Shown: positions 35,355 through 45,767, counted from the stretch's first letter. The stretch: DNA of 64,000 nt from an uncultured Actinomycetes bacterium (GCA_963827705.1 CAWHBN010000001.1:41973-105972), one strand, 5' to 3'. The notes: generated by a model from the sequence alone, not told the origin. Numbers and translations are program-made.

Positions 35355-36241
35355 GGGATTCGCTCGCGCGCGAAGGCGACGAACGCCTCCGCGACCCTGC
35401 TCGGCGTCCGGCCGGTCGAGCGGACCAGCGAGATCTCGCGAGTCGGCGCCAGCCCCTCGACTGTCGCAGCCGCGAGGGTGCCCGCCGCCAGCTCCGGCTC
35501 GATCGAGGACCTGGAGATGAACGTGACGCCGTGACCGGCGGCAACCGCCGCTTTCACCGACTCCTGCAGCCCCAGCTCGAGCTTCACGTCGAGGTCGCGG
35601 AGCCGCACGCCGCCGGCCCGCAGCTCGTCCTCGACCATCTGCCTGACCCCGGCTCCCTCCTGCATGAGGATCACCGCCTCGGCGCGAAGATCGTCGAGCT
35701 TCACGGTCGCGCCGGCGAGCTTGTGGCCCGGCGGGACGGCGAGCACGATCTGGTCCTGGAAGAACGGCTCGAAGGTCACGGCTCGATGGCGTGGCGCCGC
35801 CCCGACGACGCCGAGCTCGAGCCGCCGCTCCGCCACGAGGTCGATCACGTGCAGCGTGTCGTTGACCGAGAGCGAGATCGCGACGTCAGGGTTCTCGCGC
35901 TGGAACTCGCAGAGCAGGAGCGGAAGGACGGTCGCGCCGGGGCCGGTCGAGCAGCCGATCTCGAGCCGGCCGCGCAGTTCGTCGCTCTCGCCGGAGACCT
36001 CCTCCAGCAGCTGCTGCTCGAGCGCCAGCATCCGCTGAGCGCTTCGGTACAGCCGCTGGCCGGCCTCGGTCGGCTCGACCCGCCGCCCGGAGCGGTCGAG
36101 GAGCCGCTCGCCGAGCCGCTTCTCGAGCGAACGGATCTGGAGACTGACCGCAGGCTGGGTGACGCCGAGCTGCTCGGCCGCGAGCGAGAAGCTCTTCCGG
36201 TCGACGACGGCGCAGAAGGCCGCAAGCTGACGAGTGTCCAT
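35351..36241 (-). CDS. LysR-family transcriptional regulator
   Basis: MDTRQLAAFCAVVDRKSFSLAAEQLGVTQPAVSLQIRSLE is a textbook LysR helix-turn-helix. The 3' end overlaps the Fe-ADH start by 4 nt. Confidence 0.9.
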   Translation of the reverse strand: MDTRQLAAFCAVVDRKSFSLAAEQLGVTQPAVSLQIRSLEKRLGERLLDRSGRRVEPTEAGQRLYRSAQRMLALEQQLLEEVSGESDELRGRLEIGCSTGPGATVLPLLLCEFQRENPDVAISLSVNDTLHVIDLVAERRLELGVVGAAPRHRAVTFEPFFQDQIVLAVPPGHKLAGATVKLDDLRAEAVILMQEGAGVRQMVEDELRAGGVRLRDLDVKLELGLQESVKAAVAAGHGVTFISRSSIEPELAAGTLAAATVEGLAPTREISLVRSTGRTPSRVAEAFVAFARERIP

Positions 36242-36346
36242 AAGTCAGCATGATACGTAGGCCAAAACTCATAAGGGTTGAGGTTTGGGAGAATCAGGTA
36301 CGAGAGACACATGCGGCCGTTCTTTTTAGGGGAAAGGGGAGACATC

Positions 36347-38125
36347 GTGGATAGCTCGAGATCCGTGAACAAGCGCCGCCGCACGGCTGGAGTGGCCGTG
36401 GTTGGCGTACTGGCGCTTGCCATCGCAACCATCGCCATGCCGGCGGCGGCTCACAAGGGCAAAGGGAAACCGCATCACGCCGGCTTCAAGACGTCCCAGG
36501 CGGCAATGCTCGATCCTGCCGTGCCCGGCGCGACGGTGACGCCGTTGATCACCGTCGGCGAGACACTGCCCGGCTCGTCCTACAAGTTCGAGTCGATTCC
36601 GGACGGGATTGCCCTTCGCAAAGGAAAGGGCTGGAAGGTCGAGGCCTACGTGAACCACGAGACCTCGACGGTCCCGTTCCCGTTCACGCCCGGGACACCG
36701 CCGGTCCAGGGAACCGGGTTCAACGACTTCACCAACGCACTCCTCAGCAAGCTGACGCTCAGCCGGCACGGCGGGGGCGTGCTCAGCGGGAAGTACGTGA
36801 TCCAGAGCGAGCAGAACTACCAGCGCTTCTGCTCGAACACGATCGTTTCCCGGCGGGAGGGCTTCAGCCGGCCACTGCTGTTCACGAACGAGGAGGCAAC
36901 CGACCTCGTCAACCGGACGGGCACCGCGTGGCCCGCCGGCGCCAATCCAGAGCAGGCGGGCGTCGTCGCTGCACACGACGTGAAGAGCGGCCAGACGCGG
37001 TCGATCTACGGCATGGGCCGTCACAACCACGAGAACAGCGTGGGCGTGCCGGGGTACGGCTACCCGGTGGTCCTCTCGGGCGACGACACGTTCACCGCGC
37101 CCGCATCGCAGCTGTACATGTACACGGCGCGGAACGGTCGAGCCGTCTGGAACGACGAAGGCGAGCTGTGGGCGTTCCGGTCGACCCAGGCGAACGACTA
37201 CGGCGACCTGAGCGGGACCATGTCGGTCAGCGGCGAGTTCATCCAGGTGCCGCGGATCATCGCGACGGGCAAGAAGGCCGACGGGACGGACGCGAAGTCG
37301 GCAGACGTCGGCTTCCCGACGCCACCGGCGAGCGCCGGGCTCCCCGACGGGCCGCAGTGGCTCCTCGAGCACTGGAGCAACACCAACAACGTGTTCCAGT
37401 TCATCCGTGTCGAGGACATCCAGTACGACCGGCACCACCGGAACGTCGTGTACTTCGCGGACACCGGTGAGCCTCGGGCACTTCCGGATCCGGCCACCGG
37501 CCGGCTTCGTCGCGGCCCGGCCGGCACGATCGGCCCGTGGCCGAACGGCCGGATCTTCAAGATGGTCCTCGACCGCAAGGATCCGAAGAAGGTAAGCAGC
37601 CTCTCGATCCTGGTAGACGGTGATGCCCGCGGCGCCGCCGGCTCCGGGGCACTGGACCTGATCCACCAGCCGGACAACGTCGAGACGACGAAGGACCTGG
37701 TGTTGTGGCAGGAGGACCCGGGCAGCCACAACCAGTACCCGCTCGGGACCGGCACCACGGCTCGAATCTGGGCCTACGACCTGAAGAGGGGCGGCGCGCC
37801 GTTCGTGGTGGCCCGCGTCAACCAGTCGGCCGACGAGGGCCCGACGGACGTCGATGCGAGCACGACGAAGGCGAACGCAGGCGCATGGGAGTCGAGCGGC
37901 ATCGTGGACGCGTCGAAGTTCTTCGGCAAGGGCGCGTTCCTGGTCGACATCCAGGCGGGCTCGCTGATCGTCCAGGAAGAGGTCCGAGTCGAGGGCAACA
38001 ATCGCCTCACCTACCAGCGTGAGGGCGGCCAGCTCCTGCTTCTGCGCATTCCGGGCGCCGGAGACAACGGCCATCACCACGGTCACGACAAGGGCAAGGG
38101 CCACGGAAAGAAGCGCGGCCGCTAG
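36347..38125 (+). CDS. Secreted DUF839/PhoX-like beta-propeller protein with His/Lys-rich termini
   Basis: GTG 36347 follows GGGGAG, and a signal anchor is present. FCSNT...LLFTNEEA, GRHNHENS and FIRVEDIQYD resemble the PhoX/DUF839 pattern. The tail is GDNGHHHGHDKGKGHGKKRGR. Confidence 0.6.
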   Translation: MDSSRSVNKRRRTAGVAVVGVLALAIATIAMPAAAHKGKGKPHHAGFKTSQAAMLDPAVPGATVTPLITVGETLPGSSYKFESIPDGIALRKGKGWKVEAYVNHETSTVPFPFTPGTPPVQGTGFNDFTNALLSKLTLSRHGGGVLSGKYVIQSEQNYQRFCSNTIVSRREGFSRPLLFTNEEATDLVNRTGTAWPAGANPEQAGVVAAHDVKSGQTRSIYGMGRHNHENSVGVPGYGYPVVLSGDDTFTAPASQLYMYTARNGRAVWNDEGELWAFRSTQANDYGDLSGTMSVSGEFIQVPRIIATGKKADGTDAKSADVGFPTPPASAGLPDGPQWLLEHWSNTNNVFQFIRVEDIQYDRHHRNVVYFADTGEPRALPDPATGRLRRGPAGTIGPWPNGRIFKMVLDRKDPKKVSSLSILVDGDARGAAGSGALDLIHQPDNVETTKDLVLWQEDPGSHNQYPLGTGTTARIWAYDLKRGGAPFVVARVNQSADEGPTDVDASTTKANAGAWESSGIVDASKFFGKGAFLVDIQAGSLIVQEEVRVEGNNRLTYQREGGQLLLLRIPGAGDNGHHHGHDKGKGHGKKRGR

Positions 38126-38147
38126 GCCCGCGCACGAGCTGACGATT

Positions 38148-38182
38148 CCGAGGGCCGGCAACATGCCGGCCCTCGGTCTTCC
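38148..38182 (+). terminator. Intrinsic terminator
   Basis: Perfect 12-bp stem CCGAGGGCCGGC / GCCGGCCCTCGG with loop AACAT, followed by TCTTCC. Confidence 0.65.
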
Positions 38183-38205
38183 TGCGAGCGGACTACCATC
38201 GGCCG

Positions 38206-38892
38206 GTGCAGACTCGGTCGCAGAGCTCGCTTACCGAGAGCTTCATCCGGCGCGCCCGCGAGAGCCCGCGGCGCAACCGTGTCGACGCCGTCCTGCGCGG
38301 CCTCGACATCGGCCTCTCGCTCGTCTTCGCCGCACTCGCGCTCATCCCGGTGGCGTTGATCTCGCTCGCCATCGTCCTGTCGAGCGGTAGGCCGGTGCTC
38401 TACCGCGGCACGCGGGTCGGGCGGGGCGGCGAGTTCTACACGATGCTCAAGTTCCGAACGCTGCGCCGAGGCGCCGAGCAACGGCTCGGCGCGCATCTCG
38501 GCGAGGAGCTCGTCTTCCGGACGAAGGAGGAGCGGACGACCGTCGGGGGCTGGCTGCGAGCGACGCAGCTGGACGAGCTCCCGCAGCTCCTCAACATCCT
38601 CCGCGGCGACATGAGCTTCGTCGGGCCGCGGCCGATCCGGCCGATCTTCTTCGAGCAGCTTGCGTCGGACTTGCCGGCGTACTGGCAGCGCCTCGTCGTG
38701 CGCCCGGGTCTGACGGGGTTCGCGCAGGTGCGGCGCGGCTACGAGACGTCGATGGCCGAAAAGCTCGCGCACGACATGGAGTGGATCGCCGACCGCTCCG
38801 TCGGCCTCTACCTGCGGACGCTCGCCGCCACCGGCTGGCGCGTGCTGCGCCAGTCGCTGCGCGGGGCGGTCCGACCGACGCGCGTAGAGTGA
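38206..38892 (+). CDS. Polyprenyl-phosphate sugar-1-phosphate transferase (bacterial sugar transferase, WbaP/EpsL-like)
   Basis: 228-aa ORF with one TM helix, KFRTL, DELPQLLNILRGDMSFVGPRP and RPGLTGFAQV. Confidence 0.85.
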   Translation: MQTRSQSSLTESFIRRARESPRRNRVDAVLRGLDIGLSLVFAALALIPVALISLAIVLSSGRPVLYRGTRVGRGGEFYTMLKFRTLRRGAEQRLGAHLGEELVFRTKEERTTVGGWLRATQLDELPQLLNILRGDMSFVGPRPIRPIFFEQLASDLPAYWQRLVVRPGLTGFAQVRRGYETSMAEKLAHDMEWIADRSVGLYLRTLAATGWRVLRQSLRGAVRPTRVE

Positions 38893-38898
38893 GGCGCC

Positions 38899-40779
38899 GT
38901 GTGTGGGATCTGCGGACTCGCAACTAAGAGCGGGCCGGTCGACCCCGAGCGCCTGCGCGCGATGAGCGCCACGCTCGTCCACCGCGGCCCCGATTCCGAC
39001 GGCGAGCTGCTCGACGGTCCGGTCGGGCTCGCCGCGCGCCGGCTCTCGATCATCGACCTGGAGGGCGGCGACCAGCCGATCGCGAACGAAGACGGCACCG
39101 TCCACGTCGTCCAGAACGGCGAGCTCTACAACTTCCGGGAGCTGCGGGCGGAGCTGGAGCAGGCCGGGCACCGATTCTCGACCCGCTCCGACACCGAAGT
39201 GCTCGTCCACCTCTACGAGGAGCACGGCGAGAACTTCGCCGAGCGGCTTCGCGGGATGTTCGCCGTCGCGATCTGGGACTCGCGCCGCCGCCGGCTCGTG
39301 ATCGCGCGGGACCGGTTCGGCATCAAGCCGCTCTACTACCGGGACGAGGCCGGCGAGCTCGCGTTCGCGTCCGAGCTGCGCGCCCTCCCCCGCGGCGAGG
39401 TCGACCCGGACGCGCTCGAGGCGTTCCTCGCCTTCAACTCGGTGCCGGCGCCGTATTCGATCTTCACCGGAACGCGCAAGCTGCCCGCCGGGCATCTCCT
39501 CGTCTGGGAGGACGGCGAGACGCGGGTCGAGCGATACGCACGGCCGATGCCGGCCGAGGTGCGTGACGAGGATTCCGCCGAGCTGGCCGAGGAGCTGCGC
39601 GCTCGTCTCCGGGACTCCGTGCGGGCGCACCTGATCGCCGACGTCCCCGTCGGGGTGTTGCTGTCCGGCGGCGTGGACTCGTCTCTCCTCGCGGCGCTCG
39701 CCGCCCAGGAGAGCGGCGAGGAGGTGCACACGTTCTCGATCGGGTTCGAGGAGCGCTCGTTCGACGAGCTCGACGACGCGCGCTCCGTCTCGTCCATGTA
39801 CGGGACGCGCCACGAGGAGCTGACGCTCAGGCCCGACGCCGCGCTGCTCCTGCCGCGACTCGCCGAGACCTTCGACGAGCCCTTCGCCGACTCGTCGGCG
39901 CTTCCGACCTACCTCGTCTCGGAGCTGGCGGCGCGGCACGTGAAGGTCGCGCTCTCCGGGGAGGGCGGCGACGAGCTCTTCGGCGGCTACTACACCTACG
40001 CCGCCGACCTGCTGGCGCTCCGCGTCGGCCGTTTCGCCCCAGGGGTCAGGCCCCTGGTGGAGCGGCTGCCGAGCTCGAGCCGCCGGGCGAGCTTCGACTA
40101 CAAGGCGAAGCGGTTCGTCCGCGGGGCCGCGTTGCCCCCGCTCGAGCGGCACCACGCCTGGAAGGAGATCTTCTCCCCGGACTTGCGAGCCGAGCTGACC
40201 GGCCGTCGGTCGGCTTTCGATCCTGTCGACCTCCTCCGCGCCCGCTTCGAGGAGACGGAGGGCGCCGAGCTGTTGACGCGACTCCAGGACGTCGACCTCG
40301 GCACCTACCTCGTCGACGACCTGCTCGTAAAGACCGACCGGGCCTCGATGGCGCACTCGCTCGAGGCGCGCGTGCCGTACCTCGATCCCGTCGTCGCCGG
40401 TCTTGCGCAATCGCTGCCGACCCGCCTCAAGGTCCGAGGGCTGCGGAAGAAGGTCCTGCTGCGGAAGGCCGCGGCGCCGCTCCTGCCACGGCGAATCGTC
40501 TACGGCCGCAAGCGCGGGTTCTCGATCCCGGCCGCGGCCTGGCTCCGCGGCGAGCTCGAGCCGTTCGCGCGTGACGTGCTCGCTCCGGGCACGCTGCGCC
40601 GGCAGGGCTTCTTCAGGCCCGAGCCGGTCGAACGGCTGATCGACCGCCACGTCGCGGGCGAGGAGGATCTCTCGCGCCAGCTGTGGGGGCTGCTCGCCTT
40701 CACGCTCTGGCACGAGCACCACGTGGAGCGCACGCCCGGCCCGCTGCGCGAGCCGCGGCTCGCCGCAGCCGTCGCTTGA
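38899..40779 (+). CDS. asnB: Asparagine synthase (glutamine-hydrolysing) family amidotransferase
   Basis: MCGICG N-terminal nucleophile and the SGGVDSS PP-loop, 626 aa. Confidence 0.9.
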   Translation: MCGICGLATKSGPVDPERLRAMSATLVHRGPDSDGELLDGPVGLAARRLSIIDLEGGDQPIANEDGTVHVVQNGELYNFRELRAELEQAGHRFSTRSDTEVLVHLYEEHGENFAERLRGMFAVAIWDSRRRRLVIARDRFGIKPLYYRDEAGELAFASELRALPRGEVDPDALEAFLAFNSVPAPYSIFTGTRKLPAGHLLVWEDGETRVERYARPMPAEVRDEDSAELAEELRARLRDSVRAHLIADVPVGVLLSGGVDSSLLAALAAQESGEEVHTFSIGFEERSFDELDDARSVSSMYGTRHEELTLRPDAALLLPRLAETFDEPFADSSALPTYLVSELAARHVKVALSGEGGDELFGGYYTYAADLLALRVGRFAPGVRPLVERLPSSSRRASFDYKAKRFVRGAALPPLERHHAWKEIFSPDLRAELTGRRSAFDPVDLLRARFEETEGAELLTRLQDVDLGTYLVDDLLVKTDRASMAHSLEARVPYLDPVVAGLAQSLPTRLKVRGLRKKVLLRKAAAPLLPRRIVYGRKRGFSIPAAAWLRGELEPFARDVLAPGTLRRQGFFRPEPVERLIDRHVAGEEDLSRQLWGLLAFTLWHEHHVERTPGPLREPRLAAAVA

Positions 40780-41144
40780 GCGACCTGCCGCCGTTCGAGC
40801 TCGGGTACGCCCGGACCGAGCTGCGCCGCAGGCTCGTCGAAGCGGTGCTCGCCGGAAGGAAGACGGCGACCGCGGGACTGGCCGAATCGGGCGAGCCGGA
40901 GGACAAGCCGGGCGAGCGCTATGCGCTTCTCGGCTACGACGACGAGCCGGTCGGCGTCGTCGAGGTCACCGAGGCGCGAGTCGTACCGGCGTCGGAAATC
41001 GACGAACAGTTCGCCCGCGACGAGGGCGAAGGTTTCGAGTCCGTTGAGGAGTGGCGAGTCGACCACGAGCGCTTCTTCGAGCGGCCGATCGAGCCCGACA
41101 CGCTGATCGAGGCCGTGCGCTTCCGGCTCGTCGAGGACGGCTGA
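40776..41144 (+). CDS. ASCH domain protein
   Basis: TTG 40776 overlaps the asnB stop (TTGA). The sequence LVEAVLAGRKTATAG...YALLGYDDEPVGVVEVTE...FARDEGEGF fits the ASCH fold pattern. Confidence 0.65.
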   Translation: MSDLPPFELGYARTELRRRLVEAVLAGRKTATAGLAESGEPEDKPGERYALLGYDDEPVGVVEVTEARVVPASEIDEQFARDEGEGFESVEEWRVDHERFFERPIEPDTLIEAVRFRLVEDG

Positions 41145-42148
41145 TGCGGGTCTGGATGGACATGACCGCACCGGCCCACGTGCTCGTGTTCCGGCCGCTG
41201 ATCCGGATCCTGCGCGACCGGGGCGACGAGGTCCAGATCACAGCGCGCGACTACGCGCAGACGCTCCAGCTGCTCGAGCTCCACGGGATCGAGGCCGAGG
41301 TGTTCGGCAGCCACGGAGGCCGCTCGCGGCTGGGCAAGGCCCGAGCGCTCACGTCCAGGCTCGGCCGCCTTCGCGACTGGGCGAAAAGCCGTGACTTCGA
41401 CGCAGCCCTCGCCCACGGGTCCCACGAGCTGACGATCACCGCGCGGAGGCTCGGCATCCCGAGCTCGACGACCTTCGACTACGAGTTCGCCTGGCTCCAG
41501 CACCAGCTCGGCCTCAGGGCGGCGACGTTCGTCGTCGTCCCCGATGCGATTCCGCCCGAGCGCCTGCGGCCCTACGGCGTCAAGAGTCCGAAGCTACGGC
41601 GCTACCCCGGCCTGAAGGAGGAGTACTACCTCTCCGACTTCGAGCCCGACCGCTCGGTGCTCGACCAGCTCGGTCTCGACTCCGAACGGACGCTCGTCGT
41701 GGTCCGGACGCCGCCCGACGTCTCGCTCTACCACCGCACCTCGAACCCGCTCTTCCCCCAGGTGCTCGACCACCTGGGGCACCAGGAGGGCGTTCAGGTC
41801 GTCGTCCTACCGCGCACCGCCGAGCAGGGCGCCTACGTCCGGAGCCTCGAGCTTCCCGCGGTCGTCGTACCCGAACGCGCCGTGGACGCTCAGAGCCTGA
41901 TCGGCCTCTCGGATCTTGTCGTCTCGGCAGGAGGGACGATGAACCGAGAGGCCGCGGCGCTCGGCATCCCCGTCTACACGACGTTCGGCGGCCGGCTGGG
42001 CGGCGTGGACGAGGAGCTGATCCGCCAGCGACGGCTGGTCCCGATCACGGACCCGCGCGCCCTCGTCGTCTCGAAGCGCGACTCAGGAGAGGCGACTCGG
42101 GTCCGCCGCGACCCCACCGAGATGCTCGACCTGCTGCTTCCGGTCTAG
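41144..42148 (+). CDS. DUF354-family protein (GT-B-like, common in glycan loci)
   Basis: ATG 41144 overlaps the upstream stop (TGATG). Sequence: MRVWMDMTAPAHVLVFRPLIRILRDRGDEV...SAGGTMNREAAALGIPVYT. Confidence 0.65.
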   Translation: MRVWMDMTAPAHVLVFRPLIRILRDRGDEVQITARDYAQTLQLLELHGIEAEVFGSHGGRSRLGKARALTSRLGRLRDWAKSRDFDAALAHGSHELTITARRLGIPSSTTFDYEFAWLQHQLGLRAATFVVVPDAIPPERLRPYGVKSPKLRRYPGLKEEYYLSDFEPDRSVLDQLGLDSERTLVVVRTPPDVSLYHRTSNPLFPQVLDHLGHQEGVQVVVLPRTAEQGAYVRSLELPAVVVPERAVDAQSLIGLSDLVVSAGGTMNREAAALGIPVYTTFGGRLGGVDEELIRQRRLVPITDPRALVVSKRDSGEATRVRRDPTEMLDLLLPV

Positions 42149-43994
42149 CGCCTTCGCGCTTCGGCACCCGCACCATCGTGGAGAGCCGCGAGACGGCCTC
42201 CAGCGTCTCGCCCTCCTCGACGAGGCGCTCCAGGTCCACCAGCTCCGCGTCGAGCCATTCGGCGACGATTGGTGCGCGCCGGGCACGCGAGATCTTCGCG
42301 TGGGCGGTCGGGGCGATCTCCTCGTCCGGGCCCCAGAGCTCCTCGTGCAGCTTCTCCCCCGCCCGAACGCCGATGAAGTCGATCGGGATGTCGCGCTCGG
42401 GCTCACGGCCCGAAAGGCGGATCATGTCCCGCGCCAGGTCGAGGATCCCGACGGGGTCGCCCATGTCGAGAACGAAGATCTCGCCGCGGCCGCCGATCGA
42501 GCCGGCCTGGACGACGAGCGACGCCGCCTCCGGGATCGTCATGAAGTAGCGGGTCATGTCCGGGTGCGTGATCGTCACCGGGCCGCCTTTGGCGATCTGG
42601 CGCCGGAAGATCGTGATCACGCTGCCGGCGGAGCCGAGCACGTTGCCGAAGCGGACCGCCATGAACCGGGTTGCGACATCCTCGCGGCAGCCGTAGGCCT
42701 CGGTGATCCATTCGGCGAGCGCCTTGCACTGGCCGTAGACCGCCTTCGGGTTGAGCGCCTTGTCGGTCGAGACGAGCACGAAGCGCTTGGCGCCGAACCG
42801 GACGGCCGTGTCGGCGACGACCTTCGTCCCCAAGACGTTGTTGCGGATCGACTCCAGCGGGTTCGCCTCCATCAACGGCACGTGCTTGTAGGCCGCCGCG
42901 TGGAAGACGACGCCCGGCCGGTAGCGCTCGAAGACCTGTGCCAGCTTCCGCCGGTTGGAGACGTCGGCGAGGACGGGGATGCTGGCCGTGAACTGCCGCT
43001 CGTCCACGAGCTCGCGCTCGATCTCGAAGAGCGGCGTCTCGCCCTGGTCGAGGAGGATCAGCCGAGCCGGGTTCGCGCGGGAGATCTGGCGGCAGAGCTC
43101 CGATCCGATCGAGCCGCCGGCGCCCGTGACCAGCACGGTCTCGCCCTCGAGATACGACGAGATCGCCTCCAGGTCCACTTCGACCGGCTCGCGGCCGAGG
43201 ACGTCCTCCACCTGGACCGGACGGATCTGCGCCGCGAGGTTGTCCTCGTCGGCGATCAGCTCGTAGAGGCCCGGCAGGGTCTTGACCGGAACTCCCTCCC
43301 TGCGTGCGACCTCGACGACCCGCTGGCGCTGCTCACCCGACGCCGAGGGAATCGCGATCAGGAGCTCGTCCGGCCGGTTGTCGCGCAGGACGTGCGGGAG
43401 CTCGTCCGTCGTCCCGAGAACGCGGACGCCGTGGACGCGGAGGTTCTTCTTGCGCGGATCGTCGTCGACGATCCCGATCGGCGTGTAGCCGAGCTGGCGC
43501 GAGCGTTGCATCTCCTTGATCACGAGCTGGCCTGCATCGCCGGCTCCGACGACGATCACTTCCTTGCCGCGGGCGACCAGTCGCGACGCGGACGGCCGCT
43601 CGAAGATGCTCCGCGCCAGGAGGCGCGAGCCGGCGACGAGGCCGAGGAGCAGCACGCCGTCCATCAGCGCGACGCCTCGCGGAAGCCGGCGCTCGAACGG
43701 ATCGATGAAGTAGATCGCGTACGCAGCGATCACCGAGGCGACGACGACGCCGAGCGCCGCCCGCCACATGTCCTTCGTGGACACGTAGCGCCACCAGCGG
43801 TTGTAGAAGCCGAACGCGACGAAGACGGCGAGCTTGATGGCGACGACGATCGCGACCGTCGTCCAGAGGCCGTCTCGGAAGTTCGCAGGGACGTCGAAGT
43901 CGAACCGGAGCTGGAACGCGAGCCACCAGGCGAGCGCGATCAGCCCAGCGTCTGCCGCGATCTGCCACAGCCTGTGTCGGTTGACAGGGAGCAC
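42045..43994 (-). CDS. Membrane-bound nucleotide-sugar 4,6-dehydratase (CapD/PglF/WbpM family)
   Basis: GTG 43994 overlaps the DegT stop. Four N-terminal TM helices, then VIVVGAGDAG and VLVTGAGGSIGSEL, YKH, STDKA. The last approximately 35 codons overlap the convergent DUF354 gene. Confidence 0.85.
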   Translation of the reverse strand: MLPVNRHRLWQIAADAGLIALAWWLAFQLRFDFDVPANFRDGLWTTVAIVVAIKLAVFVAFGFYNRWWRYVSTKDMWRAALGVVVASVIAAYAIYFIDPFERRLPRGVALMDGVLLLGLVAGSRLLARSIFERPSASRLVARGKEVIVVGAGDAGQLVIKEMQRSRQLGYTPIGIVDDDPRKKNLRVHGVRVLGTTDELPHVLRDNRPDELLIAIPSASGEQRQRVVEVARREGVPVKTLPGLYELIADEDNLAAQIRPVQVEDVLGREPVEVDLEAISSYLEGETVLVTGAGGSIGSELCRQISRANPARLILLDQGETPLFEIERELVDERQFTASIPVLADVSNRRKLAQVFERYRPGVVFHAAAYKHVPLMEANPLESIRNNVLGTKVVADTAVRFGAKRFVLVSTDKALNPKAVYGQCKALAEWITEAYGCREDVATRFMAVRFGNVLGSAGSVITIFRRQIAKGGPVTITHPDMTRYFMTIPEAASLVVQAGSIGGRGEIFVLDMGDPVGILDLARDMIRLSGREPERDIPIDFIGVRAGEKLHEELWGPDEEIAPTAHAKISRARRAPIVAEWLDAELVDLERLVEEGETLEAVSRLSTMVRVPKREGARPEAAGRASRWGRGGPESPLLSRASRRRGRAGP

Positions 43995-45079
43995 TACGAG
44001 ACTGGCGCTCCGACGGCTGAACGGACGGTCTCGACCACGCGCTCCTGGACCTCCGCCGCAATGCCGGGCCACAGCGGCACCGAGAAGTTCTCCGCAGCGG
44101 CGCGCTCGGTCTCGGGCAGCGATCCCGGCTCGTAGCCGAGGAAGCTGAGCGCGGGCTGGAGGTGAAGCGGCGTGACGTAGTACGTCGCGGAGGCGATGTC
44201 GGCCGCGCTCAGCGCGTCGCGGATCCGGTCCCGCTCGGGCGAGCGCGAGACGATCAGGTGGTAGACGTGTCCGGGCTCGTCCTCGGGCAGCTCGACCAGG
44301 TCGCCGAGGCCGAGGTCGGCGTACCGGGCTGCGGCCTCGCGCCGGCCGCGCGTCCACTCGTCGAGATGCTCGAGGAAGACGCGCAGGAATGCAGCCTGGA
44401 GCTCGTCGAGGCGCGAGTTGTAGCCGACGAAGTCGAACGTGGTCTTGTCGCGCGAGCCGTGGAAAGCGAGCATGCGGATCCTCTCGGCGAGGTCTTCGTC
44501 GTTGGCGGTCACCAACCCTCCATCGCCGAGACAGAAGAGATTCTTCGTCGGATAGAAGCTGAACGTGGATACGACGCCCGTCTTGGCGATGCCGGGGGCC
44601 CCGAACGCCTGGGCTGCGTCCTCGATCAGTGGGACACCGAGGGAGGCGAGCTCGGCCGTCGGCGCCGGCCGGCCGAACAGGTGGACGGGCATGATCGCCT
44701 TCGTCCGCTCGGTGATCCGGCCGGAGACGTCCTCCGGGTCGAGGTTCAGGGTCGCGGCGTCGATGTCCGCGAAGACCGGTGTCGCGCCACGCCGAGCGAT
44801 CGACTCGGCGGTTGCGTAGAACGTGAACGCGGGGCAGATCACCTCGTCGCCGGCCCCGATGCCCATCGCGTCGAGGACGAGCACGAGCGCGTCAGTCCCG
44901 TTCGCGACTCCGACCGCGCGCCTGACACCGAGGTAGGCAGCGGCCTCCTCCTCGAAGGCCTTCACATTCGGGCCGCGGATGAACTGCGCGGACTCGAGGA
45001 CCCCCTCGAACCGGTTCCGCAGCTCCTCCGTCAGCGGCGCGTACTGCGCCTGGACGTCAACCAGCGGGATCTTCGGCAC
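43994..45079 (-). CDS. DegT/DnrJ/EryC1/StrS-family PLP-dependent sugar aminotransferase
   Basis: 361-aa ORF with FIRGPNVKAFEEE, NGTDAL and SFYPTKNL (PLP lysine). Confidence 0.9.
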   Translation of the reverse strand: MPKIPLVDVQAQYAPLTEELRNRFEGVLESAQFIRGPNVKAFEEEAAAYLGVRRAVGVANGTDALVLVLDAMGIGAGDEVICPAFTFYATAESIARRGATPVFADIDAATLNLDPEDVSGRITERTKAIMPVHLFGRPAPTAELASLGVPLIEDAAQAFGAPGIAKTGVVSTFSFYPTKNLFCLGDGGLVTANDEDLAERIRMLAFHGSRDKTTFDFVGYNSRLDELQAAFLRVFLEHLDEWTRGRREAAARYADLGLGDLVELPEDEPGHVYHLIVSRSPERDRIRDALSAADIASATYYVTPLHLQPALSFLGYEPGSLPETERAAAENFSVPLWPGIAAEVQERVVETVRSAVGAPVS

Positions 45080-45749
45080 GCCGATTCATCCTAGCCCCTC
45101 GCCTGTGACGCCAGATTCCGGCCGCGATCAGGACGAGAATCGCCGCGGCGACGACGTATTCCGCGTAGCGGAAGCTGTGGTGGAAGTCCTCCCACTGGGA
45201 GCCCGCCGCCCAGCCGGCGCCCGCAAATGCGAATGCCCAGACCACCGAGCCGGGGATCGTCAGCAGCGTGTAGCGGCCGAGCGGCATGCGGAAGACGCCG
45301 GCCGGGATCGCGATGAACGAGCGGACCACGGGCGTCACGCGTCCGATCGCGACCGCCCAGTCGCCGAAGCGCTCGAACCACGCCTCGGCCCGGTTGAGCG
45401 TGTGCGGCGTCACGTGCAACCACCTTCCGCGCCGCTCGACGAACGGCCGCCCGCCGTAGTAGCCGATCGCCCACCCGGCGATCGAGCCGAGGATGTAGCC
45501 GAGGGCGCCGGCCGAGGCCATTGCGACGTACGCCCAGAAGTTCGACTCGATCGGCTCGCCGAACAGGACGACGCTCTGCCCGGCGAACGCGCCGGCCGCG
45601 ACGGCACCGGCGTAGACCATCACGAGCTCGCTTGCGGCGGGCAGGACGGCGTCCACGAACATCAGGACGAAGACGGCGTAGATCCCGTGGTCGCCGATCA
45701 GCTCGGTGAGCGCGTCCGTGATCGCGCTCAGGATCGAGGCTTCGAGCAC
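45057..45749 (-). CDS. DedA-family membrane protein
   Basis: 230-aa ORF with the pattern ...FVDAVLPAASELVMVYAGA... and RVTPVVRSFIAIPAG. Confidence 0.85.
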   Translation of the reverse strand: MLEASILSAITDALTELIGDHGIYAVFVLMFVDAVLPAASELVMVYAGAVAAGAFAGQSVVLFGEPIESNFWAYVAMASAGALGYILGSIAGWAIGYYGGRPFVERRGRWLHVTPHTLNRAEAWFERFGDWAVAIGRVTPVVRSFIAIPAGVFRMPLGRYTLLTIPGSVVWAFAFAGAGWAAGSQWEDFHHSFRYAEYVVAAAILVLIAAGIWRHRRGARMNRRAEDPAG

Positions 45750-45767
45750 CGGCCGAGTGTACGGACG

